From NCBI GenBank assembly GCA_964641225.1, contig CAZXKC010000001.1:23268-87267 (forward strand): 64,000 bases of DNA. Reading direction: 5' to 3'. The DNA comes from an uncultured Candidatus Saccharibacteria bacterium (GTDB taxonomy: Bacteria > Patescibacteriota > Minisyncoccia > UBA6257 > 1-14-0-10-44-23). The notes beneath the pieces were generated by a model. It saw only the letters and a list, made by a program, of their open reading frames with translations, searched no databases and was not told where the DNA came from. The position numbers and the translations under genes are program-made. Of this stretch, positions 9,334 to 18,538 are shown in pieces (within the stretch, counting starts at the first letter, position 1; each line of letters starts with the position of its first letter).

Positions 9334-9491
9334 ACGGGTAAGTCATCGTCTGTTCGCTTGTATCGGTCAGGATTGACCCGCTTATCAACCTTTAACGCCA
9401 AAGCAAAGAAGCCGAGCAGGTTGCGGCGTTCATCTTCGGTTAGGTCTTTAACGGACCAATCCGTTGGATTTTTTTCGGGTAGAGCGGACAT
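9327..9491 (-). CDS. small hypothetical protein overlapping the rep start
   Basis: Manually translated MSALPEKNPTDWSVKDLTEDERRNLLGFFALALKVDKRVNPDRYKRTDDLPVC. Confidence 0.55.
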   Translation of the reverse strand: MSALPEKNPTDWSVKDLTEDERRNLLGFFALALKVDKRVNPDRYKRTDDDLPVC

Positions 9492-9539
9492 AAAATAGCC
9501 TGATGGGTTCAGGCTACTGTATGCCTCACTTAAGTTTGC

Positions 9540-10811
9540 TTAATTTTTGACTACGTACTTTGGATTGAGCCGAGCAGAATGCTTCGTAAGCTCAAAGAGA
9601 TTTTCAACTTGCGGGATGTGTAGTTTCACTTTTCGGTTGAACTGATAAATCGCGTTTTTGACTGCCGTGTCATCCACGTCGTCGCCTAAAATCATTTCGC
9701 TAATTTCGCCCAAACTCCAGTCCGAATAAGTATTTTTTGGGTTATCAAAAATGACCCTAAGGACTTCTTTTTGGACCTGTCCCTGTATCCGTATCTTGTG
9801 CTCTTTCGCATCTTGGTCAGTTAAAATCAACATCCCGCTCTGGGACTGAAAACTTAAGTTCAGCTTAATCTCTTCGCTTTCGGCGGTATTTATGGTATTG
9901 CTCGCCATCTTTTCTTGCCCCGTCAGCGAACTCAACGTTATTGGCGTTGAGTGGAACTTCACGTTCCAAAGCTCTTTGTCGTTCCAATTACGCACCTTCA
10001 GCCGTCCCTCTTGCTCCAAATACGAAAGCACTTTTATTACCTCAAAATCTTCATTGGCTAGCGAAGTGAAGGGTATGTTGACGCTACCATCAATAAGCGG
10101 AAGCTCTTTGACAAACTTGTAGAAGTTTTCTAACTGCTTAGAAAAATATGACCTTTTCTTTTTGTAAATGGGTGGTTTGTCAACAAAATCATCGGCAGCA
10201 AACGATGCTAAGAAATCAGCGATTTTTTCGTTGAGCTTTTTTGCTTCGGCATCAATAAAAGTGAGTTCAAACTCAATATGCGGTGCGGCAATGTCAGAGA
10301 TGTTACTCAAGCTTTTAGCTGCTTCGCTTAACGAGGCGAAATCAATTCTGTCTCTCATCCTCGGAAAATCATTTTTGAAATCAAACTTTTTTTCTTTGTC
10401 ATTGATAGCTGCGTCCAATCTTGCCTCAGACATTTTCTTTAAGTCATAAATCTCGCCGAAAACGTACGTATAGTAACCAACATTTTCATCAGTTGGATTT
10501 TCAGTCATCACTGCTTCTCTTACGGCTCGCTCCAATAAATCAGAGAGGTTGATAACGCTGAGCCGTCTTATCTTGCCTATACTAAAAACTTCAATCATAT
10601 CAAAGACCTGATGGAGCACGAGGTGCTCTACTGAGCCGTGGTCATTTGTGTCTGTAATTTCGCTCTTGATTTCATCAATCTTCCAATAATTTCCTTTCAA
10701 AAATTGGTCTAAAGTAAAAACGTTTTGCCCGCGGTAAAAGCCCTCTAGCAAAATGTGCAGGGCCAGCAGGTTCAAATCGCGATTGAAGTAGTCAAAATGG
10801 TCTTCTTCCAT
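9540..10811 (-). CDS. hypothetical protein with probable C-terminal winged-helix domain
   Basis: 423 aa; C-terminal EISEMIL...AVKNAIYQFNRK...LF..ARLNP is OmpR-wHTH-like. Confidence 0.6.
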   Translation of the reverse strand: MEEDHFDYFNRDLNLLALHILLEGFYRGQNVFTLDQFLKGNYWKIDEIKSEITDTNDHGSVEHLVLHQVFDMIEVFSIGKIRRLSVINLSDLLERAVREAVMTENPTDENVGYYTYVFGEIYDLKKMSEARLDAAINDKEKKFDFKNDFPRMRDRIDFASLSEAAKSLSNISDIAAPHIEFELTFIDAEAKKLNEKIADFLASFAADDFVDKPPIYKKKRSYFSKQLENFYKFVKELPLIDGSVNIPFTSLANEDFEVIKVLSYLEQEGRLKVRNWNDKELWNVKFHSTPITLSSLTGQEKMASNTINTAESEEIKLNLSFQSQSGMLILTDQDAKEHKIRIQGQVQKEVLRVIFDNPKNTYSDWSLGEISEMILGDDVDDTAVKNAIYQFNRKVKLHIPQVENLFELTKHSARLNPKYVVKN

Positions 10812-10873
10812 AGGTCTTATAGCTTACTTTAGTTTACATCCTATGACAATTCAAACGGGTCGCTTATATGACT

Positions 10874-10918
10874 TTGATTAACAAGAAAAAAGTGCTAAAT
10901 TATATGCACAACTTAATA
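10874..10918 (+). promoter_or_regulatory. promoter and leader of structured RNA copy 1 / R-M operon
   Basis: TTGATT (10874-10879), extended -10 TGcTAAATT (10893-10901), ACAACTTAATA (10908-10918). Confidence 0.55.
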
Positions 10919-10919
10919 T

Positions 10920-11058
10920 GGCCTAACCCTCGTGGGCAACTGCGAGGTATGGCGTTAGAAACTGTTCAGGTACATTAAGCTCGTCGTCAGAGCACCTGAA
11001 CAGTCGTATTCCGAAAGGGGTACGGGTGGCCGTAAGGTCATCGCTGGCGGCGAGCTTT
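10920..11058 (+). ncRNA. unidentified structured RNA, copy 1
   Basis: Three GNRA-capped hairpins, CCUAAC/GUAUGG tetraloop receptor, 14-bp long-range helix, 11-bp crossing helix; covaries with copy at 23768-23900. Confidence 0.8.
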
Positions 11059-11099
11059 GTGCTTCGCTGCTTGCAAAGGCATTACAAAACTGTTCAGGT

Positions 11100-12098
11100 A
11101 TGCCCAAAAAAACAAAAGGGCGGTCAAAGCACCGCGTCGTTTCTCTATTTGCAGGTTCAGGCGGTCTTGATTTAGGTTTTCATCAGGCGGGTTTTGATAT
11201 TATTTGGGCGAATGACTACGACCATTGGTCCTGCGAAACGCTCAAGAAAAACTTTCATCATACGGTTGTTGAGAAGAGCGTCGTTGATGTAACCAATGAC
11301 GAAGTGCCTGAATGCGATGTCATTTTGGGCGGTTTTCCTTGTCAGGATTTTTCTATGATTTGGAAGCGTGGCGGGATTACGACCGACCGCGGAAATCTCT
11401 ATAAGCAATTTGTCAGACTGGTGAAAGCCAAGAAGCCAAAACTTTTTATCGGCGAGAATGTCCGAGGTCTGCTGACTGCGAACGGCGGTAAGGCGTTGGA
11501 GCAGATAGTTAAAGATTTTGCCGAGGTCGGCTATGACGTTGAAGTGAACAAGGTGAACTTCGCAGACTATGGAGCTCCGCAACTACGGCAGCGGGTTTTG
11601 ATAATTGGAGTGCGTCGTGATTTGGGACGTAAATATAAGCTGCCACCTGCGACGCATACGCCTGATACTTACGTCTCTGCAAAACAAGCTTTGGCGGGCG
11701 TTGAGAAAGCCCTCTACAACAATGAGCACCTCAACGTGCAACCGAAAACAGTGCAAATGTTGAAGCTCATACCAGCAGGTGGGAACTTCACTTCAATCCC
11801 TAAAAACTCGCCTTATTACGTCAAAGGGATGATTAGCCACGTTTACCGCAGGTTGCACCCAGATAAGCCGTCTACGACGATTATAGCGGGCGGTGGAGGC
11901 GGTACGTGGGGCTATCACTACAAGGAGCATCGGCCTTTAACCAACCGCGAAAGAGCCCGTTTATTTGGTTACCCAGACGATTATATTTTCATCGGCTCTA
12001 CGACCGAGGTACGCCGACAAATCGGCAACTCTGTCCCGACTGCGGGCATACGGCCGATTGCCGAAAGCATCCGTAAGTTCCTAGACGAAACCAATTAA
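11100..12098 (+). CDS. DNA (cytosine-5) methyltransferase, M.NgoFVII-like
   Basis: LFAGSGG, GGFPCQDFS, ENVRG, QLRQRV, GGGGGTWGYHY, QIGNSVP. Confidence 0.95.
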   Translation: MPKKTKGRSKHRVVSLFAGSGGLDLGFHQAGFDIIWANDYDHWSCETLKKNFHHTVVEKSVVDVTNDEVPECDVILGGFPCQDFSMIWKRGGITTDRGNLYKQFVRLVKAKKPKLFIGENVRGLLTANGGKALEQIVKDFAEVGYDVEVNKVNFADYGAPQLRQRVLIIGVRRDLGRKYKLPPATHTPDTYVSAKQALAGVEKALYNNEHLNVQPKTVQMLKLIPAGGNFTSIPKNSPYYVKGMISHVYRRLHPDKPSTTIIAGGGGGTWGYHYKEHRPLTNRERARLFGYPDDYIFIGSTTEVRRQIGNSVPTAGIRPIAESIRKFLDETN

Positions 12099-12099
12099 A

Positions 12100-13119
12100 A
12101 TGATTTATTCAAACGATAAACATTTTGGTGGGCCGATGATGGAAACCGTGAAGCGTGAGATGCAGCACTCAAGCAATGTTGCGATTGCCAGCGGGTACGT
12201 TTCAGGTGATGTACTCGGTCAGTTTGAAAATGATTTTTATCGCATTGCTGAAAGCGGAGGTACTGTGAAGCTTTTGGTTGGAATGGCCTTCTACGAAGGG
12301 CTTACGGGCAAAAACTTACAACGACTTCAGACGATAGAAAACCGACTACGTACAACGAACGGTCAGAGCGGTATATTCGTATGTTACTCGCGACCATTCC
12401 ACGGAAAAATCTACAGGTTCAAAAATGGGGGCGACTTTTCAACCTATGTCGGCTCTTCTAACTTTTCGCGTAGCGGACTGTCTGAAAATCTTGAGTGCAC
12501 GGCCGAGGTCAAAGACACCGAAACAGAAGCGGGTGTTGAGGGTTATCTTGATTTCCTTTTTGCCCCTGAAAATGCCGTCTCGGTCCTGAAGGCGGACATT
12601 ACCGTACACGGGTCAAAAGAGTACCTTGAAAGGGTTTCACTACGGACGCTGGATGACCTGCAAAAGTACGACCCGAAAACGATTGATAAGAAGACGCTGC
12701 CAGAGTTTGATTATCCGCTTTCTCGCATCGTTGGCTCTGAAAAATCAAGCTTGAATGTTTATTTCGGCAAAGGGCGTTGGGCTCGTAGTACGGGCAAGGT
12801 TGCCCCGCGACCGTGGTACGAGGTTGAGCTCATCGCGTTAAAAGCGATGACAGAAAACCCTTTGTATCCAAAGGGCGATTTTAAGGCGTTTACTGACGAC
12901 GGGTATGTTATCCCAATGCGGACCAGTGGCGACTACTTTAAGAACATTCGGTCCAAAGGAAACCTACAAATCCTCGGTCAGTGGATTAAGGGCAAGCTTC
13001 AAAAAGCTAACGCTCTCATTCCTCTGACCCCTGTTACGCAGGAAACTTTGGACAAATACGGCAACGACACAATCCGTTTCTATAAAATACGCGATGGCGA
13101 GTATTATGTTGAGTTCTAA
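12100..13119 (+). CDS. NgoFVII-family PLD restriction endonuclease
   Basis: IASGY, FHGKIY...YVGSSNFS PLD motif, RPWYEVEL; 1 bp after the MTase. Confidence 0.88.
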   Translation: MIYSNDKHFGGPMMETVKREMQHSSNVAIASGYVSGDVLGQFENDFYRIAESGGTVKLLVGMAFYEGLTGKNLQRLQTIENRLRTTNGQSGIFVCYSRPFHGKIYRFKNGGDFSTYVGSSNFSRSGLSENLECTAEVKDTETEAGVEGYLDFLFAPENAVSVLKADITVHGSKEYLERVSLRTLDDLQKYDPKTIDKKTLPEFDYPLSRIVGSEKSSLNVYFGKGRWARSTGKVAPRPWYEVELIALKAMTENPLYPKGDFKAFTDDGYVIPMRTSGDYFKNIRSKGNLQILGQWIKGKLQKANALIPLTPVTQETLDKYGNDTIRFYKIRDGEYYVEF

Positions 13120-13130
13120 AATCTTGAGCT

Positions 13131-13319
13131 ATGATTTCTGAAAAAGCATTGGCAGAATATAAGGCAATTTATCGCAAGGAGTACGGCAAGGACATTTCAG
13201 ACGCCGAGGCGTTAGAGCAAGCCACGAACCTACTGAACTTAATGAACGTAGTTTATAGACCAGTAAAAAAGGAGTGGCTGACAGAGCTTGATGAAAAAGA
13301 AAAAGGCAAAGCAAAGTGA
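13131..13319 (+). CDS. small mobile-element protein (homolog at 33349-33507)
   Basis: YKAIYRKEYGKDISDAEA pattern shared with FQELYKARFGVDISAQEA. Confidence 0.7.
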   Translation: MISEKALAEYKAIYRKEYGKDISDAEALEQATNLLNLMNVVYRPVKKEWLTELDEKEKGKAK

Positions 13320-13431
13320 GTTAAAAATCATCTACGCGGAAGCCGAAGATATTTCCAGCGAAGAGGCACAGCGTAGGGTAGACGCAGCTTTTGACATTCT
13401 ATTTGAGGAGGTCCTTAAGCATAGGCATTAG
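13291..13431 (+). CDS. small hypothetical protein
   Basis: Manually translated MKKKKAKQSELKIIYAEAEDISSEEAQRRVDAAFDILFEEVLKHRH. Confidence 0.55.
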   Translation: MKKKKAKQSELKIIYAEAEDISSEEAQRRVDAAFDILFEEVLKHRH

Positions 13432-13475
13432 TTTGCCTGAACGCTTTATATGCTGGTACACTTCAGCTAGATAAT

Positions 13476-13901
13476 ATGCTTAATTTCGGCGAAAAAGTTG
13501 AAGGCGTTGAGTATCGTGAGTTGCCCTGTGCTCGTGCTGTTATTCGTAATGACGAAGGCAAGTTTGCCTTTGTAGAAGTGAACGGGCAATACTTCTTGCT
13601 CGGTGGCGGGATGGAAAAAGACGAGACGCCAGAGCAAACGATTATCCGCGAATGTCTTGAAGAAGCAGGTGCTAGGGTTACCATTAGCCGAAAAATTGGA
13701 ACAGCTGGTGATTATCTATTCGCAAAAAAGGAGCAGGCGTATTTTCACAAAGTCGGCGAGTTTTTTGAAGCGAAAATAGAAGCGATAGTCCAAGATGGCG
13801 TTGAGACTGACCATAAGCTCGTATGGAGCACGCTGGAAGCAGCGAGGCCTTTTATTAAACAAAAAAGTCAGGAGTGGGCAGTTGAGCAACTTACTAAATA
13901 A
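13476..13901 (+). CDS. NUDIX hydrolase
   Basis: GGGMEKDETPEQTIIRECLEEAG Nudix box. Confidence 0.92.
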   Translation: MLNFGEKVEGVEYRELPCARAVIRNDEGKFAFVEVNGQYFLLGGGMEKDETPEQTIIRECLEEAGARVTISRKIGTAGDYLFAKKEQAYFHKVGEFFEAKIEAIVQDGVETDHKLVWSTLEAARPFIKQKSQEWAVEQLTK

Positions 13902-13904
13902 TTT

Positions 13905-14594
13905 ATGCAGCGACCCTACACAACACTCTTTATGCTCGTCTCGGTAGACGGCAAAATCTCTACGGGCGATACCGACCTATTGGATGTAGACAAAGATTTT
14001 CCGAAAATCGCAGGCCTCAAAGAGGGCTTGCAGCAGTATTACGATATTGAAAAGACAACCGATTTTTTCTCGCTAAACACGGGACGAGTTTTTGCGAAAG
14101 TCGGAATGAACACGAGAAAGGACGAACCAAAGCAGATACCCGTTACGTTCGTGCTCATTGATAACAAACCACACCTGACGAAGAATGGCGTCGTATATTT
14201 GTCCAAGAAAGCCCAGCGAACGCTTATTGTTACAACCAACCCCAAGCACGCAGCGTTGAAGCTTAATTTGCCCAATGTTGAGGTTATCAGCTACAAAGGC
14301 GAGGTTAATCTCAAGGACCTTTTTAAGAGGCTAGCGAAGAAATACGGGGCGAAGCGAATGACAATTCAATCTGGTGGAACGCTTAATGCAACACTAGTCC
14401 GTGAGGGGCTGATTGATAAGGTGCTGCTCGTTGTTGCCCCTGCGATGATTGGTGGAAAAAATACTTCTACGTTGATGGACGGACAGTCGCTACACTCAGC
14501 GAAGGAACTGGCGAAAATAAAAACGCTTAAGTTGATTAAGGCAGAGCCCCTTAAAAACTCATACCTACTTTTAGAGTATGAGGTTATCAAGTAG
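13905..14594 (+). CDS. RibD C-terminal / dihydrofolate reductase family protein
   Basis: SVDGKI, IQSGGTLN, GLIDKVLLVVAPAMIGG. Confidence 0.88.
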   Translation: MQRPYTTLFMLVSVDGKISTGDTDLLDVDKDFPKIAGLKEGLQQYYDIEKTTDFFSLNTGRVFAKVGMNTRKDEPKQIPVTFVLIDNKPHLTKNGVVYLSKKAQRTLIVTTNPKHAALKLNLPNVEVISYKGEVNLKDLFKRLAKKYGAKRMTIQSGGTLNATLVREGLIDKVLLVVAPAMIGGKNTSTLMDGQSLHSAKELAKIKTLKLIKAEPLKNSYLLLEYEVIK

Positions 14595-14610
14595 CACATC
14601 TAAACCAGTT

Positions 14611-15348
14611 ATGCCCGAAGAAGAAAAGAAAACACTATATATTTTCATAGATGAGTCGGGCAATTTTGATTTTTCGGAAAATGGAACGAAGTATTTTGCC
14701 CTTACCGCTGTTAGCAGCTTAACCCCGCTCAAATCAAGGGATGCTCTTTTAGCAAAAGTATACGCGACAAAATATAAGGGTTGGAATGAGGGGCGGGATG
14801 ATTATTATTTCCACGCGACCGAGGATAAACAGGAGGTCCGCGACTGGGTCTTCGCTGCTATCAAGCAGCTAGACGACATCGCAGTTGATGTCATAGTCGC
14901 ACAAAAAAATAAGGCAAATCCATCACTCTATATTGAGCGTGAATTGCAACCTAACTTTTCAGTAAAGACCGTCCGCTACGAAGAGAAGTTTTACGAAAAA
15001 ATCTCGCAGATGCTGCTACAATATATTTGCAACCGTTATCAAAACAAAGCAGATATTGGAAAGGTGGTAGTCATCCTCGGCTCTCTATTTACTGATAGAA
15101 AACGTGGCTATGTCCTTAAGAGCTTAAAGCAGTATTTGAGGGAGCATTTTTCTAAGCCCTCGTATATTTATTTCCACGACACATCATCTGACATTAACTG
15201 CCAGATTGCTGACTACTGCGGATGGGCTGCTTTCGTGAGAGCTGAACGAAACGAGCAAAGACCGTGGGCTGAAATTAAGGGCAAAGTGAAGAGCTGCTTT
15301 AACGTTTTTGATACTGGGACAACGGAGTATTACCAATATAAAAAATGA
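14611..15348 (+). CDS. DUF3800 family protein
   Basis: YIFIDESGN, FHAT, CQIADYCGWA; start reassigned to ATG 14611. Confidence 0.85.
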   Translation: MPEEEKKTLYIFIDESGNFDFSENGTKYFALTAVSSLTPLKSRDALLAKVYATKYKGWNEGRDDYYFHATEDKQEVRDWVFAAIKQLDDIAVDVIVAQKNKANPSLYIERELQPNFSVKTVRYEEKFYEKISQMLLQYICNRYQNKADIGKVVVILGSLFTDRKRGYVLKSLKQYLREHFSKPSYIYFHDTSSDINCQIADYCGWAAFVRAERNEQRPWAEIKGKVKSCFNVFDTGTTEYYQYKK

Positions 15349-15400
15349 CCAACCCGCCTATCCTTTCGGAAGAGCCCGAGGGCTCTTATCAGCGGGTTGG
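15349..15400 (+). ncRNA. structured RNA 3' of the DUF3800 gene (candidate DUF3800-associated motif)
   Basis: CCAACCCGC/GCGGGTTGG encloses TCC-TTTC-GGA and AAGAGCCC-GA-GGGCTCTT; no U-tract. Confidence 0.6.
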
Positions 15401-15476
15401 AACCTTTACTAGGAGTATACCTTATTTTCGCCAGAGAAGCAATCATTGTGTAAAAGGTCTATACTAATATAAACGT

Positions 15477-15716
15477 ATGAATATACCATTTCTTACAGAG
15501 CAGAAAGATGCAGCCTTAAAGGAATTAGGGGCAATATCAGGCAGCGAAAATCAAAAAAAGGAACGGATTTCAATCATTATCCAGTATCTTGCCTCGCTCC
15601 TTGAGCCAGATAGTTTTACCGAAGCTCAACGAGAGGATTTACGTAAACTATCCCTTGAGTTAGGTTTCAAGGAAGACACAGTATTTGCCGATTGGGTTAA
15701 GATTATCGCTCCTTAG
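15477..15716 (+). CDS. hypothetical protein
   Basis: 79 aa ORF in co-oriented cargo run. Confidence 0.55.
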   Translation: MNIPFLTEQKDAALKELGAISGSENQKKERISIIIQYLASLLEPDSFTEAQREDLRKLSLELGFKEDTVFADWVKIIAP

Positions 15717-15740
15717 CTAGGAGAGAAAAGTGATACGTCA

Positions 15741-16259
15741 ATGGGAAAACTTTTAATTATTTGTGGGCAAGAAGGTACTGGCAAATCCACGATTGCTAAA
15801 GCAATACTTCCTCATCTCAAAAATGGTGCTGCTTTTGATGCTGAGAATATCCTACAAGTAAACCCCTTTGAGTTTGATGAAAAGTTTAAGCAGCTAGCGA
15901 TTGATAATTCTGCCGTCCTTATCAACAGTTTTTTTGGACACGGCTGCGAAAGAGTAGTTGCTGGCAGCTTTATTGGCGATAGAGCGGGCTATGATGCCTT
16001 TAAGACGAAGCTGGAACATAGCCCAAAGGTTTTTATCGTTATGCTAGTCGCGTCTCAAGAAGTTCGCGACAAGAGGCGTATGGAAAGGGCAAAGCCGACT
16101 ACCAAAGAATGGAGGGACATAGCTGACGCAAAAGCCCCGAAAGATACGACGCTAGGTGCAGCTAAAGACGAGTATGACTATTACGAGATTGATAACAGTG
16201 GACTTACCGTTGATGAGACGATTGCCGAAGTCAAAAAGAAAATCCCTGATTTTTTCTAA
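15741..16259 (+). CDS. P-loop nucleotide kinase-like protein
   Basis: ICGQEGTGKST; IDNSGLTVDET C-terminus. Confidence 0.8.
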   Translation: MGKLLIICGQEGTGKSTIAKAILPHLKNGAAFDAENILQVNPFEFDEKFKQLAIDNSAVLINSFFGHGCERVVAGSFIGDRAGYDAFKTKLEHSPKVFIVMLVASQEVRDKRRMERAKPTTKEWRDIADAKAPKDTTLGAAKDEYDYYEIDNSGLTVDETIAEVKKKIPDFF

Positions 16260-16264
16260 CTGAT

Positions 16265-17464
16265 ATGTCCTTAGAAGATAGCTACAATAAAATATATTCG
16301 CATAATGAAACTGTTTTTGGTGGCGAGCCAGAGCAAGTAGTTCGGAACGTGGTTAAATACCGTACAGCTGGCTCAGCCGTTGAATTAGGGGCTGGCGAAG
16401 GCAGAAACTCTTTATTTCTGGCAAGTAATGGTTTTGAAGTTTCGGCGTACGATATATCTAAAGTTGGCATAGGCAAAATTGCCAAGCGGGCAGCCGAGCT
16501 CAAACTTAATGTGCAAGCAGAGGTCGCAGATGTTCGTGCCTTAAATCTACAACGTAATTTTGACGTTGTAGCGTCCACGTATATGCTTCATCATCTCTCG
16601 CGAGAAGAAGCACTGGCGTTGGTCAAACGAATGCAAGAACATACCAACCCTGAAGGGTTAAATGCAATTACTGTTTTTACTAAAAGTGGCGATTTTTACA
16701 AAGGTAATCCCGAAACTGACCGATTTTATCCAGACGCAGGCGAATTAAAAAGTTTATATGCTGAATGGGATATTTTAGAGTATGAGGAGCTTGAAGTTCC
16801 AGCTGTTGATACAAAACCAGATGGAAGTCAGATGTCTAATGTGGCTGCCCGATTGCTGGCGAGGAAAATGCAAAAAAGCCCCATTGAACATAGTTCAAAT
16901 AATGAGAAGTCGGCAGCCTTTGAAACGCTCTATCAAGGTATGCTTGCTCAAGATGGAGGGTTTGTTGAGTATTCCTTACCGTACCCTAAATATGATTTTC
17001 TCAATTTCTTAGTAAGAGAAAAGGGCGTTCTTTTGCACGGTTCAAATCAGCCAGATATTCGCGAGCTTGAGCCAAAGCAGGCGAATTGTAAGTCAAAAAA
17101 GTTTGGCAATATGCAAGCAGTATATGCTACCCAAGACAGCATCCTACCACTTTTTTTCGCTGTTAGAGACAGGAGTAAGATGCGTGGCAGAACTGAAAGT
17201 GGTTACAGAGAAGAATATGTTGATGGTCAGCAGAAAAAAACATACGGCTTCGCGGTAAGTAGTCAGGCAGTGCTTAATTCAAATCCTTGGTTGGATGGCG
17301 TTGTCTATATTCTTCCAAGTGATAGTTTTGAACAGGGCACTGACGATGAAGGGCATCAAATTGATGAGTTCGTGAGCCGTACGCCAGTGAAAGCAATAGC
17401 AAGGTTGCGAGTTGGGCCAGAAGATTTCCCTTACTTAGATAAAGTTACCATAAAGGAGAGTTAG
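16265..17464 (+). CDS. TehB-like SAM methyltransferase fused to an unknown C-terminal domain
   Basis: VELGAGEGRNSLFLA, ELKSLYAEWDILEY, ARLLARK, then a second domain (LLHGSN...VYAT...GVVYILP). Confidence 0.8.
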   Translation: MSLEDSYNKIYSHNETVFGGEPEQVVRNVVKYRTAGSAVELGAGEGRNSLFLASNGFEVSAYDISKVGIGKIAKRAAELKLNVQAEVADVRALNLQRNFDVVASTYMLHHLSREEALALVKRMQEHTNPEGLNAITVFTKSGDFYKGNPETDRFYPDAGELKSLYAEWDILEYEELEVPAVDTKPDGSQMSNVAARLLARKMQKSPIEHSSNNEKSAAFETLYQGMLAQDGGFVEYSLPYPKYDFLNFLVREKGVLLHGSNQPDIRELEPKQANCKSKKFGNMQAVYATQDSILPLFFAVRDRSKMRGRTESGYREEYVDGQQKKTYGFAVSSQAVLNSNPWLDGVVYILPSDSFEQGTDDEGHQIDEFVSRTPVKAIARLRVGPEDFPYLDKVTIKES

Positions 17465-17479
17465 CCTAGAAACAGCCCT

Positions 17480-18538
17480 ATGAATTACACCGAGACAGAA
17501 GAATATCAGCGTCAAATCAAGGAGCAGTATAGCTCGCGGGTTAAAAAGTTCGCTCCAGTTGATGTTGAGAAGGTCCTGCATACTTTGGGCATTGAGGTCG
17601 GAAAGGATGACCTTAAGCCAATCACAAAGGGCAATATGAACGCTACCTACGTAGCACCCGCTTTGGTTGTAAAAATTAACGAGGATAAAAAGACGGCAGA
17701 CTATGCAGCGTATGTTGTAGCCTCGTCGCTAGCTGATAAGCATCCGATACCGAAGGTTTTGGCGTATGACCACTTTGATAAAACGGCATACGAAGTACTT
17801 GTAACGACCAGATTATCAGGTCAGACACTCATTGATACCATTTTTGACCTTGACCAAGCTGCTCGTGAGAAGCTCTTTAGCCAGATGCTTGATGTCGTAG
17901 ACGGACTTTTTACTATGAGGTTTGATAGCGTCGGGCACTTTCGTAACCCAGAGGAAAAGTTTGCAACATACAGCGAGTACCTTCGGCACAGCTTAATGCA
18001 ATCCGCTGACCAGATTAAACGGCAGAAAACGTGGGATGCCAGTGATATAGATAAAATCGTTGCCTATGCCAGCAAGCATCTCAACGTATTTGATGACGAG
18101 AAAGAGTGCACCTTTGTACATACGGATTTGCATATGGGCAATATCCTGCACGAAGGCGATAAGCTAACAGGCCTGATTGATTTTGACAGTGCCTTTCGTG
18201 GCCCACGCGTTGCCTCATTGCCGATGATTTTGGGGTTTGTCTTCAATCCGCAGCAATACACCGAGGGAAGCGACTACTTCCCGAAATACAAAGGGCAGCA
18301 ATTCCTGTATTTCCTGCCAATCCTGAAAGCTCGCTGGCCCGCTGTTTTCAGCGACCCGCAACTACTACGAAAACTCAACCTGCTTAATATCATTGAAAAT
18401 CTGGGCTGGGTTGCCGACAACTGGTCAAAAGAGTGGAACAAGCAACTTATTGATATGTTCTTCGCTACAGAAATTGATAAGGACCTTAAAGTTTCGTACT
18501 TCGGGCAGCGACTGGAAAGTGGTTCTTACGTCGGTTAA
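17480..18538 (+). CDS. aminoglycoside phosphotransferase/choline kinase family protein
   Basis: FVHTDLHMGNIL...GLIDFD. Confidence 0.88.
   Translation: MNYTETEEYQRQIKEQYSSRVKKFAPVDVEKVLHTLGIEVGKDDLKPITKGNMNATYVAPALVVKINEDKKTADYAAYVVASSLADKHPIPKVLAYDHFDKTAYEVLVTTRLSGQTLIDTIFDLDQAAREKLFSQMLDVVDGLFTMRFDSVGHFRNPEEKFATYSEYLRHSLMQSADQIKRQKTWDASDIDKIVAYASKHLNVFDDEKECTFVHTDLHMGNILHEGDKLTGLIDFDSAFRGPRVASLPMILGFVFNPQQYTEGSDYFPKYKGQQFLYFLPILKARWPAVFSDPQLLRKLNLLNIIENLGWVADNWSKEWNKQLIDMFFATEIDKDLKVSYFGQRLESGSYVG

Noticed and set aside
10920-11058. Structured RNA as c-di-GMP-I, SAM-I, twister or HDV-like ribozyme
   Set aside because: Only short words are shared (GCCUAA, GGCAAC); helix order and core consensus do not fit by eye; an Rfam search is still needed
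13476-18538. Classical integron cassette array
   Set aside because: No IntI tyrosine recombinase and no attC-type (RYYYAAC...GTTRRRY) palindromes seen between the genes
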